Positions 14,616-27,845 of a stretch of DNA of 64,000 nt are shown here, piece after piece. Origin of the DNA: Tubulanus polymorphus (Eukaryota; Animalia; Nemertea); assembly GCF_964204645.1 (NCBI RefSeq), contig NC_134026.1, positions 22,788,150 to 22,852,149 of the forward strand, in the 5' to 3' direction. The number at the start of each line of letters is the position of its first letter. The stretch's first letter is position 1. A program made the position numbers and the translations under genes. The notes under the pieces were generated by a model that saw only the letters and a program-made list of their open reading frames with translations, did not search any database and was not told the origin of the DNA.

Positions 14616-14955
14616 AAAATACAGCAAGCATATATAACCCCTCTCTCTCTCTCTCTGAAAATGGTTACAATGTATAAACAACTGGTGATAAATCAATTTT
14701 TTGGATGGAAGAATCTGACCACAGCGTAGCCTATGCAAGGTGATATGGTCAGATTCTTCCATCCAAACACCCCCAGTAGATTACACTAATTCAAGTTAGC
14801 TTATCGGAAAATACAAGCATATAATAACCCCTCTCTCCTCTCTCATCCTCTCTGTAAGTGGTTACAAAGTATAAACAACTGACAAAAAAGTAATTTTTGG
14901 ATGGAAGAATCTGACCATACCACCTAGCAGAGATTCACTAATCTGAATAAGTTTA
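14616..14955. repeat. About 190 bp imperfect tandem duplication with (CT)n tract and a perfect 22 bp hairpin
   Basis: caagcatat..aacccctctct..ggttacaa..tataaacaactg..ttttggatggaagaatctgacca occurs twice; the first copy carries an inverted arm at 14746-14767. Confidence 0.8.
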
Positions 14956-17900
14956 TCAGCAGAAACTATATAAAACTAGTCCAGTGAAATGACAACCAAT
15001 ATTGCTAATCATCACAACTTAACAAATTCTGTACTAATTACCTGAAATGAATATGCTCTTGCATCCTGGGAATCAGTTGAATTCCTTTACCTTTAAGCAT
15101 CATTATATCCCACATGTAAAACATTTAATTTCTAATCCACTCTCTTTATCTTATTAATCAATCATCTTTGTTTGGAACATAATCTATATATGCAGTATTG
15201 CACACATAGGCTTACTAATTAATGTTACATCATCAGCATCTATGCATGCTGATACCAGTGATTAATCTAACCTCTGTTCACTGAGGTTAGTAGCAGCATC
15301 ACTTTGATTTCTGGTACAAACCATCTTGAGGCACTAGAGGCTAGTGAAGGGATCACTAATGCCGCTATCACCGTGTTCATGAAAAAAGTGCTATTTCATT
15401 TTTCTATGGCAATCAAGTAGATTAAAAGATGGACTGTCGAAAAGGATAGTTTATAGTTAAGATACCCAGCAGGTATTCCGATCAAAGAAAATTTGAGATG
15501 TGCCTGTAGTTTTGTCCATAAGTATGGAACATTCAAAATCCAAGTCCAAAATTGAGACAACTAATTTTTCTAAAAAGTATATTAGTAAGGGTACTTAAAA
15601 AAGGCAGATTATCAAGAAAAGAATTCTTTACTTTCATTTGTGCTAGTATAGTATATTTTTACGTGAAGTCGACTAGCAAGCAAACACGTCGATAGCCTCG
15701 TTATACATGATGTGAAAATACTTTGACCAAACACTGTTAATTCACAGTGATTGATTCTGAACAACTCACTGGATCGATATATAAGTTGCTACAGCCATTA
15801 TTACTATCAAATCAATCCATATCAATATGCAGTTTTCGATCAAAGCAATAATAAGTATTTAGGGTCAAAGCCACGCAGTTTCTGATGACGACAACATCCA
15901 TGCTGTACCGCCTTAACAATTCTTTTCATTTCAGGAGAAATAATCCGATAATAGGAGGCTAATGCTGTAAATGGACATTTCTGAGAACGCAAACCTCATA
16001 TATCAGCATAAACTACAGCAATGAATAATCAGCATGAACAACATATACAAAGAATAGATGATCTGAATCAAATACATTAAGTGTTATATCTGAAATTAAA
16101 CAACTATTAACTTAATCAATGATTGTCAGATAAGAATATCAATAATTGTGCTCAATTCTGATTTTAAACAAATTGGAGCATGAACAGTCGAAATGATACA
16201 CTGAGTGTACATGATCATGGCTAATAGTCTTTAGACAAAATGTTGATCGAAGTACACTTCCATTCAAGAACTTTTCATCTTTGGCTGGATATATTGTTGG
16301 GTTTCTCTCTAATATTGGAACATGAAAATTAATCATAAATCATTTGATGCCTTGGAAAAAATGTAGAATGTTTTAAGGTAAGCTTAAGAAATCTGCCAAA
16401 GTTTCAATGTTTCAATAACGGGATGTATAAGAGTTTGTTCTCACAACTTAGAAAGTATTATCAAAAATTTTCTTCACTTCACTATGACTATGGCTTCAGA
16501 TGTTAAGTAGTGGCCATCCACTGAGCATCAGTAACACTTTTCAAAATAACCATGAGCATGGGTGAAATGAACATAGAACTCATATAACGTCCAAAGGAAA
16601 CTCAAATAGATTGACAAACTCAGTAAAAAATAATAAGACATCACTGATGGTACTGATGCTTTATTGATGCTATACAGTTATTGTGTAGTAAACGTGCACC
16701 TGCTACTACTGACATCATTCATTGATCAAGCGAATTTCAAAGTTTCCCGCCCAGACTTTCAGAATCAATAGATACAATGTGTAACATTAACATTGGCGCG
16801 TTGGGTACACTTCTGACCACATCTTCTCTGTATCTGCTCATATTCCATACCGCCCCTGCTGCATACTATCACACATTTATATCTCTCAAGCGTCTTCTAT
16901 GGATAAAGTTTACTCTACAATAACACCTGAACATCCCAAATATCATCCATCAATAAATCAAGGGAAGACATTCAATATTTCTGTCAATGATATTTTGCCA
17001 TATATCGTTTTGCGTACACGTTGAGACTAACGTTCTGTGCGTCAATCTCTCCAATGCCTAGCTTGAACTGTAGATATGGTGACATTTCATAAGGCATCAA
17101 AAATAGTTTTGAAATGAATTACAAAAATCTAGAATATACTTGCCCGATCCTTTGCAGCAAAGATCGTCTCATTTATTGCAAACAAAATGCATTTGCTGCT
17201 TGTTTTTCAAAAGTTGAACAATTTAATGAGTGGTTCTTGGCAAATGGCAAATGCAGAGATGTTGCATTAAGATAATGACCTGCTAATGAATCACCATGGT
17301 ACCTAATTTACGTCATAGGCCTAGGCAGGAACTTTGAGATTAACACATCGCCTTGTCAATTGAGTCATAGCATTTGTTTCTTAATTCTAGCCTTTGAATT
17401 AACCTACAATACCTAGTTATAGTATCGAAAGGTCTGATTAGGTCATATGCCTTGCACTCCAATGAACAAATTTCAGTTGCAAGATCAACCACTAGGCTAA
17501 CCAGTCAGCGGATTCTTTCAGGTCATTTGCAGATTTTATATGCAACCTGCGCTTTAATTTTAAGACCACTCGTTCAGTGTATCTCGAAAAACTAAACGAT
17601 TTATCAAAAATCCCGCAAAGACTCTGGACTAATTGAATTACCAGTCTGTGCTGCCACCTGTCAATACTCAAAAACCCTCTCAGTTTTCTCTCATAAAGCA
17701 AATAGCACCAAAATATTTGTGAGAAATGATTATTTGATTATACAAATATTACATGCCGTGGCAGATTAGTAGATTATAACGTAATGTGATTCGTTAATAA
17801 CAAGATAAACTGAGAGCCTTACCATATGTAGAAGTTGCCATGGCATGCGAACATTAGTGGCTTATGCAGCCGCTAGGCGGTACTCCGGTATATTTAGAGC

Positions 17901-18075
17901 ATGATTTTATTTCCGGGTTTCGAAAAGGTTTGCCACATCTTATTTCTTTATCTAAATTATATGTTTAAACTGAATACCAACTGGTTATAGTTGATGTAGT
18001 GTGAACTTTTAAGTACAATTCATTATTAGCAATGACAAAAAGGTCTCTGACTCTGATTATAGGATAATAGTGTAC

Positions 18076-19559
18076 CAGTCAGGAACACTTTCCAAAAACG
18101 GCTTATTCTGCCAATTTCGGCGTTTTCCGCCAATTACGGCAGGATCAGCCGTTTATGGATCACTCAGTTTTGAAACTTTCACAGTCGTTTATGGCTTAAT
18201 CAGCCAGTTTCAGCTCACTAAGTTTCGAGTTTTGCTTTAAAGTTTTTTGCGCACTTCCGGTTCAATTAGCGCATGTTGCCGATGATGTCATAATCTCGAG
18301 CAGACGATAAGCTTTCATATGACGCTAGGATGGAAATTTTTGAGCTAGGTAAAGTGGTCAAATTTACGTTTTTCTAAATGATTACGTCATATGAAGCCCA
18401 AAAACTCCGGGAAAACTCTCAAAACTACTACAGCATGTAAACAAGTTTATTAATCATGATTTTTGTCAAAAATAAATTTGGGAACTAGTTTTAAAAACTA
18501 TTATAAAGTTTTCAAGTAAACGTTGCCATGGGTACACATAAAAACATTCGCCATTTCTGGCGTATTCCGCCGATTTTGGCGTAGTTAGTTTTATAATCAT
18601 AAACTATTAAGCCATTATTGGCAGTCCACTTGTTATATATGAGGATTCCCCCACCCACTTAGACGTTTCCCCTAGTGTCTACACGGTACTTTTTTCGGAA
18701 TAAAATAATTAATTTGCTGAGGTGAACGGATGTGTAAATATTATATGTTAAAAATAAAAATAAAATTATTATTATTATAATTATCATTCTCATAAGACAA
18801 ATCAATCATGGATGTATAAACTAGTGTATCAAAAATCTAGTTTTAAGTTTTGCCCATGGTCTTATCTTGCCTAATAAAGCATAGAATGGTTGAGGGATAT
18901 ATTGGACTGCATATGATGTTGGTTAATTGAAGGTAATTAACATCTTCGATGCCTCCAAACTAATTGATGGATTCTTGTGATGGATAGTGATTGAATGAAT
19001 TGGTGGCCGATGACGTATCAACTCAAAATCGATACAGCTGTATCTAGACTCATTTCAAAATACAACAAACATTTTCGAAACAATTTGGGATACATGTATG
19101 TATATATTTATTTCATAGAATACAGGTATACAGAAAGAACAGAATTCAAATACATTTGCCATCGGAAACCCATACATTTATATTTAATTCTTTCTTGAAG
19201 CCTGGAACGGATCAATGAGATTAATTTTTCGGCGCAAATATACAAATGTATGCCAGCAGAAAAGCGATGATGTCATAATAGGGACTCCCATCGAACTAAG
19301 CATTATAAATAGCACCTGTAAAACTATCTAAGCTAAAAACGCCGTTTCTGGCGATGTAGTTTTAAAAACTGTAACAGCTGAAAACGGCGGAAATGGCGTT
19401 TTTTAAGAACAAGCCAAAAATGGCAGAAAACGCCGATTTCGGCTAAATTGGCAGAAGCAGTTTAAAACTGAGTAATCCATAAATGGCTGATTCTGCCGTT
19501 ATCGGCGGAAAACGTCGAAATTGGCAGAATAAGCCGTTTTTGGAAAGTGTTCCTGACTG
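18076..19559. mobile_element. 1484 bp non-autonomous DNA transposon, about 100 bp TIRs, 5 bp TSD TGTAC
   Basis: tgtac|cagtcaggaacactttccaaaaacggcttattctgccaatttc ... gaaattggcagaataagccgtttttggaaagtgttcctgactg|tgtac; the outer 43 bp pair perfectly; internal repeats of TIR-like ggcg/cgcc motifs; no transposase ORF. Confidence 0.9.
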
Positions 19560-19834
19560 TGTACGTTGATCGGAAAACGAAATAACCTATTTCCCTCTCT
19601 GCCTCAGCCAAGTGCTAGGCCTATAGGCCCAGTATAGTTAGTTAGTTAACTTATCGTTGGTGGTAAGCATACCAGGCGTTGTTACGGTCCCCTACAACTG
19701 GGGAACAACAGTTAGATACTTGACTACCCATTTCCCCTCCTTGCCTCAAAAAAATTTCACACGAACCTGTTGGAATTTACTTTTCTGTACTATACGTATT
19801 TCTTCATTTTCCAGAGCTAAGTCAGAAATAAAGA

Positions 19835-22305
19835 ATGTCCAGCAGCGGAGCCGCTTTTAGCTCTGATGGTGTTGAAGTGATACAAGGTTCTCTCGACGTA
19901 CCTGCTAAGCCTTGTACTTCATATGAACTGCTAGATTCTGTTTATGATATCAAACTTTCCGTCGATTGGATTGAACTTCATCAGTTATCGAGGGTACGGT
20001 ATTGAAAATTGTCATTCCCATTTTCTGATATCTTTCTGACGATGACTTAGATAAGTAGCAGCAATATTTCATTAATCGTAATACCTTTTTCAGGTATCAT
20101 TACAGTTTCCTGACGAGTTATTGTGTGATTCTACAGCTGTTTGTCAAAGATTACAGGAAGCTTGTAACTCAGTTGAATTCTTCATTTTGGGAGACACGTC
20201 GTATGGAAGGTAAATAAAGCTACAAATCGATGTCTGGGTAGTCAAGTACCTAGCCGTTGTTCCTCAAACAACGACTGGTATTCAGACTTATGTCTGGGTA
20301 GCACATATACATGTTAGGAGATGGACCTAGGAGATGGTGAAGTTAGGTGATACAATTGTGCACTGATTTGACTTAACGCTGACTTAGGCCAATAGTACAA
20401 GCTGATGGAACACTGGCTAAATTCTTTATAAAAGAAATAAAAAGCAGTGATTTCATTCACATAATGATTAGAATCCTTTTTTGTGGCCCTTACTGCATCA
20501 ATTATCTCTAGTGAGCTTTTTTTGATAAGATCATTTTCTATTTCAGTTGTTGTGTTGACGAAGTAGCGGCTCAACATTATACCGCAGACAGTATAATACA
20601 TTATGGACATTCGTGTTTGAGTCCGACTTCTCGATTCCCTGTTCTGCATGTTTTCGGTGAAGCTTTCATCGATGTTGACGACTGTTATGAAAAGTTAAGT
20701 GAAATTTTTCCGGATAAGCAATCGAAAGTTGTGGTACTTTATGACGTTGTTTACGCATATGCCATGAGTAAGTATAGAACTAAATTAATCTCAGCTTGGT
20801 TGACAAACAATTCAAACACTATAGCAAATAGCCATTGATAAGACACTAAAAGCATGTCATGACAATAATAAATAGAGAATCCAACAATAATAACAAAAAA
20901 TATGAAGTCTGGAAAGGTTTCCTTGAGCTATTATATGCAATTTGCTCGACGTTTTGACTATATAGTCATCTTCAGGAATACTGTATTGGATATTAGTACA
21001 TGTATTCATGAAGATGACTATTAGAATAAAGTCGAAATGACAAATGAACTACTAGCTCAAGGAAACATTTTTGGACTTAATATTTCTTTTTATTATTGTG
21101 GGATTCTCTATTGATTACAGATGCATAGCAGTTTGTCTTTTCATTAGCATCTAATTATTATGAAGCTATATACATTAATTTCATTTTTTTTCCAGAAAAA
21201 CTTGAGAAACTGCTGACCATGGATTACACGAAAATTGTCTTCTCTTCCTTGAATGTAAATGGTTCTTCTGAAAAACATGACGAAACTAAGACAGTGATCG
21301 ATAAATTTGGAAGAACGTTTTTAATAGATGCTGAAATACAAGACTATTCAATGTTTTACATCGGAGAAGAAGGACTAACATTGTCAAACTTCATTTTATC
21401 TTTTAACCGTTCGCAATTTTATTCTTATAATCCCGTGTCTTTCGTCGGTCGTATGGAAAATATGAATGTCAATCGATCATTGATGCGTAGAATGTGCACG
21501 ATCGAAAAGATTAAAGACGCCAAGATAGTAGGAATTGCAGTCGGAACGCTGGGAGTATCCGATTATCAAAGTATCATCAATCATTTACAAACAGTTTTAA
21601 AACAAGCCGGTAAACGGAGCTATACATTTGTGCTGGGTAAATTGAACGTGGCCAAGATGGCGAACTTTTTGGAAATCGACGCGTTTGTGTTAGTGGCGTG
21701 TGCCGAAAATAGTCTCATCGATTCTAAAGAGTTCTATCGGCCGATCGCGACACCTTACGAGGTAGAACTCGCTTGTAATCGAAACCGTGAATGGTCTGTG
21801 GAATTTGAAAGTGATTTTCGGTCTCTGCTTCCAGGTATGATTCAGATGATTTCAGCGCATTGAAACGGATGGCTTGATAAGATCCTGTTGCATTTAGATA
21901 TTATATATTTTCATGATTAGGAGGGTCTAGTTTCGTCCAACTGCCGGAGAAGTATGAAGAAACTGCAGATATTTCACTGGTAACTGGTGAAGTACGTTTA
22001 CTTGGCTGTAATGATTCTGATGATGAAAGTGATGAACCCTGTCAGTCTGGTACTGTTGCTAATAGAAGCGAACTGCATGTAGTGTCCCACAATAAGGCAA
22101 CATCTGCAGGTCTGTATTGAAATACTGTAACCAGTTTCTATTATTTTTGCTTAAATTTGAACCCTTTCAATATTGTTTTGCAGCCGAGTTTTTATCGTCA
22201 CGGTCTTGGAAAGGTGTAAAACAGAAGTTAGGAGAAACTCCTGTGGTGAAGGCATCTCAAGGGGTGAAGGGTATCGCAAGTTGCTATGAAAACGAATTTT
22301 CATGA
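19835..22305 (+). CDS. DPH2: Diphthamide biosynthesis protein 2 (6 exons)
   Basis: MSSSGAAFSSDG start; [65 protein letters not shown]; the C-terminus FLSSRSWKGV...GVKGIASCYENE is the DPH2-type tail. AATAAA follows the stop immediately. Confidence 0.93.
20871..21112. mobile_element. Foldback element in DPH2 intron 3, with a degenerate hammerhead-like core in each arm
   Basis: aatagagaatccaacaataataa...tttccttgagcta...tagtcatcttcaggaatac is mirrored by gtattcatgaagatgacta...tagctcaaggaaa...ttattattgtgggattctctatt. Confidence 0.8.
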
Positions 22306-22775
22306 CAATAAACTTGATTTATGTTCTTAGTAAGATTAAATTTCTGTAGTCATTCCTATGGTCTTGAAATGAAACTCAGTGAATTATGATAGAAAATCAA
22401 GATGGAATCTTTTAAAGAGAGTTGATAGGTGAACGGTCACGAGCCCTGGTTGAAAAGCAGTACGACACTGATAAAGGACATCTAATTTTTTTTCGAAGAC
22501 AATGTTATATTAAACAAGATAGAGTGACCGAGAAACCTTATACATTAATAGTATCATTCATTTCTATGCATGTTTATTCACAATCGCGATATTCTCATAT
22601 GATTGATGGCAAAACTGAAGTATTTATATCACCCAAACGGTTTTCATAGAAAGATCACATGATAATTTTACTAGTTTAAAAAGTTAAAAGTGTAGGGAAC
22701 AAGTAGACGCACATATGGTATCAGTAAGTTCTGGAACATTTTATTCTCTTCAATGTAATATCACTTAATTCGACA

Positions 22776-25050
22776 ATGAAGCAGGAAGTCGATGGTTATA
22801 ATAGGATGAATAAGAATGACAGTTCTTCATTCAATATTGATACTGATAGCGGTGTGTCCACAATATCTGGAAATGAAATTAAAGATGGGAAGCAAACAGC
22901 AACGCATGAAAATCATGTCAATGGAATTAAAGTTTTTACCGCTGTCATTTTTGTGATTGGTGAAATGGCTGGTAGTGGGGTCATTGCTCTCCCAAAGGCA
23001 GTTGTAAATTTAGGTTAGTTCATTGTTTGATCATTCTTAAAGCGATGTTGAAGTAGTTAATAAAGTTATATAAAAAATCATCTTTACATAAGAATATTTC
23101 TTGAAAGTTGAAAATGCATGTATGAAGTATAAAGTTTCTCTTTGCTTGCAATGATTGACAACTTTTAGGAGTGGTTGGATTTGTGTTGATGGTAGTGTGC
23201 TGTTTTTTGGCTGCTTATACCGGGACAATTCTAGGAAAATGTTGGACGATAATACAAGAGAGACATAGTTCTTATCGTAGTCGCACACGGGACCCTTATC
23301 CCGCAATTGCCTTTGTAGCTTATGGAAAACCTGGCAGGTAATAAATCAATCTGGCAGTTTCAAGTGAGCTAATGAGACTTCTTCAAAATGTTATCACTGA
23401 CTTTGAACGATAAACTAAAACTCAATGACTTGTAGTCTTCTACATGTACAGTGAACCTTTCTTAACTCAGTGACGTAACCTTTATTTTTCTGGGTTGGCC
23501 ATGTCCAAGTAATGCAAGATTTACTGTATAAACATTAGCAACCAACATTCCTAAATTCTTGGTAAATCATTCATTGAATAGGATAGCAGTGTCAATTAGC
23601 AATAATGTAACCCTTTTTGGAGTTGGAGTGGTTTTCCTTTTGTTATCATCAGAGATTACAGCGGATTTGATCAGCAACTCTGGCCTGAAAGTATCTTCAT
23701 GTTACTGGTTACTGATTATAGCGGGAGTCCTTACTCCATTTACTTGGCTGGGAAGTCCGAAAGACATGTGGTAATATATTAAAAGATATCAAAATCATTT
23801 GAATGTACATGTGTAATGTAACATCGATATTATGCATTGGCTTTGTGACCTCTCACATTATTGAACTTTTGCCAATGTCATTAAAAATTAATTCTAAAAT
23901 GTATGCGTGAGTGAGATCCCTAATTTTGATCAAACTAGTAATGAACTATTGTAAATGCAGGTTTCTAGCAGTCGGAGCGGCAAGTACAACCCTATTGGCA
24001 ACAGTATTGATAGTTATCAACTTGTTACAAATACAACCTCAGGTACCAATGCCAGTACACACGAATCCAGATCAACGTGACTCTGGATTTACCCAAGCGC
24101 TGTTAGGTTTCGGAACAATTGTCTACGCATTTGGTAACCACTCGGTTCTCCCGACTGTACAACATGATATGAAAAGACCTAAGAAATTTACCACAGTTGT
24201 CTACTCAGCATTTTTAGGTACAATATACTTTCAGCATTGTCAGATCATATGGTTGTCATAAAGATCACGATTAAATGCTCTTTTCTTTCAGTGGTATTGC
24301 TCATGTATACGCCAGTATCAGCTATAGCATATTTAGTATTCGGGGATTCTGTGGATGTCAGCATTTTGACTTCAATTCAAAATCAATCAGCTGGACCTAT
24401 CCTTTTCACTGTACAATCTCTTCTCGGATTTCATCTGCTGTTCGGTTTCGTTATCTTAGTTAATCCAGTTTGTCAAGAAGTTGAGAATTCTCTAAATGTT
24501 CCTCATCGTGAGTCTATTGTCAAACCAACTCACTCTGCAATTCCCTACTATGCTTTGTACATGAAGTACCATCCAGTAATCAAACAATTGATTTTTCTCA
24601 GGTTTTTGTTGGAAACGAGTGCTCGTACGCACGCTTGGTGTATGTTGTATGGTGTTTGTAGCCGAATCAATTCCCAAGTTTGGATCAATATTATCATTAA
24701 TTGGTGGATCCACTATTTCGATGCTGTCTTTCATATTTCCTATAGTGTTCTATATTCGTTTATGTCGCATGAAAGGTCCTTGGAAAGAAAGGTCAGTAAT
24801 CAGCGATACTGAGCACTGAATACTGCTCTGTACTTTAGGTAGTCGAGTGATAAGGAAATTGAGCTCTTTTTTTTCTATTTTCAGGAAAATTCCTCTGCAC
24901 CAATATGTGTTATTTGTAGAAATACTCATTCTAGGAACTATCACCATAGTAGCCGCAACATATTCTGCTATCATTGATATTGTCAGTCCAAATACGTTCG
25001 TTTTACCATGTTACATCAACCCCAATCTTACACAGCCAATGCAGAAATAA
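22776..25050 (+). CDS. Amino acid transporter, Aa_trans/AAAP family (SLC32/36/38- or AVT1-like), 7 exons
   Basis: FVIGEMAGSGVIALPKA, AYTGTILGKCW, DPYPAIA, YAFGNHSVLPTVQHDMKRPKKF and ESIPKFGSILSLIGGS; many hydrophobic helices. Confidence 0.9.
23449..23526. mobile_element. Short MITE, same family as 6942-7103
   Basis: TA|cagtgaacc ... ttggccatgtccaagtaatgcaagatttactg|TA; shares ttggccatgtcc(a/g)agtaa with the 6942 copy. Confidence 0.6.
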
Positions 25051-25349
25051 ACCATTTTGAGTCCGATAAAATGAAATACATAGATATATGAATTTACAAA
25101 TGTATCAATTTATTTATATATATACACTTATTACATTTAGCTTTCACAATAGGTTGCAAATGAACATGATATCTTGTACAATAATCATCAATATCTTGAC
25201 AATTAAAACAAAATGCGAATGTCAATCATAATTTCATTAAAATTGGATTGAAAGTTCTTGTTTGATTTACACAATATTCTCCGTTTCAGTGAATCTTAAT
25301 GCCTCTTCATTAGGTATATTGCATGACAGACTTTAAGATTTGGTATTCG

Positions 25350-27205
25350 TTACCGATTGAGAAACCCCAACAGTTCATTAGCGCGAGAAGAATTCCATCC
25401 TTTGCCTTTAAGTGGTCCGTTAACTAAGTCAATATATTTCTGTAGAAGAATTTGACCGATTTGTTGACAGTTAAATTCCATTGATGCCGGTGATTGTTCG
25501 AAAAACCAATAACACATTTCACCTCCGTACATGAGAGCGAGTACATGTGTATCACTGAATATACCTGCAAAACAAATATTAAATCAATTTATCATAATAT
25601 CAGGGTGCATAGTGCCCATATGACCTATCTCTTTTCATGATTTTCAACCGTTTTGACTCCAATTCCATGATCCGATTCGAAGGTCAAATCGACAATTGAT
25701 ATTAAATATTTCAGATATAAAATTTATCATCTGCATGTGTATATCAAATATTACCTTTACTCAAAAGTTCATACGTTTCTTTATCATTGCCAAGGACATC
25801 TTTCCATTCTTCTTCAATCGGACTACGAACATCTAACATCGCTTTCAGGCACAACACTCCTTCCTTTAAACACTAACAAAAGAGGAAGCGGATGGTTACA
25901 TGAATTGAAATTGACCGGAATGGATTCGCATCTACGGTAAAGCCTACCTGCTCGAAATGTGACTTGTCCCAAATGGCATCTTTGCCTCTTTCTTCACAGC
26001 AGTACATGTAAAGCAGAGCTCCTCTTCTCCAATTTACAGTCTCAATAATTTCACCTCCAAGTACATCACGAGCCTGGAAAGGTGATTAGCCTAATACTAA
26101 AAGTATGTGTTGACACCTTTCAAATTGAATGTTCGCTTGTTGACCAAACCCTAAGCCTACAATAATCAGTGTTCTTAAAAAAGATCAGAGAATCTAAAAT
26201 TCCTTGATATTGCTACGATTTCCCTGAACCTAGACCAAAAAATCCCAAATTGAATCCAATGTCTGATATCCTCAGTAGGGGCGGTTTCTTCTAAAGAGGT
26301 TCTTTGTGCCACTCATCACCAGCAAGAAAATGATGCTAAAAATTTAAATTTTTCTTATTTTCAAAAGTAAAGTCAGAATTCCCCGATTTTCCACGATAAG
26401 CAAGAACCCTGAGAATGTCCGTGATTCTAAAATTTCAATTGTCGATAATACCTTTTTGTCATTTCCATATATCTCTGCTATGATCTTTTCGGGCTTGTTC
26501 AAAGCGTCTAAAATGTTAACAGTACTGATTATCAACAATCTCATCATCACTGACAATTTTTTCCAACTGATAGTAAGTTATACCTAGTATAAGATGAAGC
26601 CTCTCTCTTCCATTTTGATCTTCAGAAAATTCGTCATCTACAAGGATATTTTCCTCGTAAAAAGTCATATCTAAAATACCCTAAAAGTGCAAAAAAAGTT
26701 AGTTTTTATTAGAATAGTCCGGGTTCAACCAATTTGATATAGAACAATATCATTGATACAATAAGCCTAACAAGAGACTACCTACCTGCGTAAACCATTG
26801 AATTAGCTGTTCCTTGTTGTTGGTTTCTCTTTGAGTAATGACCTTCTTTAGATTTTCAGCCGATCTGATGAGAAATTCATTTTTACCTAAAGCATGAAAC
26901 ATCTCATGATGGCTCAAGTCCACAATACTAAACTACTAATACAAAGCGAATGTATCTCACAAACCGGGCTTCCTATTATTACAATAAAGATATTTCAATT
27001 GAATTTGTGGAAGTGAACATCACTGTTTATCGATGCAGAATGTACACAAAGATCAAATTAATTCAGTTCATATGATTGTTACACAATCAATCATGTAATA
27101 AACGAGCGAAAAAAACATACGACGGCTTCGTTCTTGTAATCGAGAATTGTTATCCAAAAGTTTTTGTGTTTCAGAAATTAGTTTCTTTGTGCCGACGTCC
27201 TCCAT
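25350..27205 (-). CDS. RIMOC1: RAB7A-interacting MON1-CCZ1 complex subunit 1 (C5orf51 homologue), 7 exons
   Basis: Spliced translation gives FTQGILDMTFYEENILVDDEF, WRRGALLYMYC, GIFSDTHVLALMYGGEMCYW and LQKYIDLVNGPLKGKGWN, matching recalled C5orf51 motifs. Confidence 0.88.
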
Positions 27206-27802
27206 TTTGAATAAAGTCCAATATACTTTATTGATTGGAAATTCAGTTTATTCAATGAAATTTACTTTATTGATTCCGTTTTTCACGCATCGGACTAGTC
27301 GTCCTAGCCCATTCAGTTCTACGGCTCTTTGAAGGATGGATCGCCAACCGGGTGTCTGAGACCTGGACTGCGACGTACCTTTTCGCATCCTACCGATTAG
27401 GCACCCATCGCCTCAGACTGTTAATAATGGCTAACTTTAATTAGTGACCTGGAGAACAGTGCCTTGATCCCTGTGTAGTGAAAAACCCAAATATTGAAAT
27501 ACCCACGCACCTGTTACTTTTACTGGTCAAAATCAAACGAGAATCAGTCAATTTATGGTTTCAGATCTCCGTTCTGTTAATTGTTCATTTAGTCTAAAGA
27601 TCAAAATTAAGTCAATTTGTAGATTCAATTTCTCTCTTGTCAATTTTTAATAATTCTAGTATATTATACGTATTTAAATCCTTGTTTTCCGTCATCTGTT
27701 GTTTCATGATTATTTGCAATTAAAGAGAGACTTCTTTGACGATAAAGTTCATCCTTATTGTAATAACATTATTGGGAAAGCAACCGCGTGCTCTTTGACT
27801 CC

Positions 27803-27813
27803 TTCCTCTCCCT

Positions 27814-27845
<32 letters not shown>
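27803..27845. repeat. (CT)n / pyrimidine microsatellite
   Basis: ctccctccctccctctctctctc... tract between the divergent RIMOC1 and MAM-LDLa genes. Confidence 0.9.

Noticed and set aside
19551-19561. CACAGTC (RSS-heptamer/Transib-like) at the right end of the 1.48 kb element
   Set aside because: The left end reads TACCAGTC, so the CAC is explained by the TSD rather than the TIR.
22303-22312. TGA-CAA readthrough-like context at the DPH2 stop
   Set aside because: A TAA follows one codon later and the sequence doubles as the AATAAA signal.
25948-26073. Suspected frameshift in a RIMOC1 exon
   Set aside because: Re-reading gives an open phase-0 exon (…LYMYCCEERGKDAIWDKSHFEQ).
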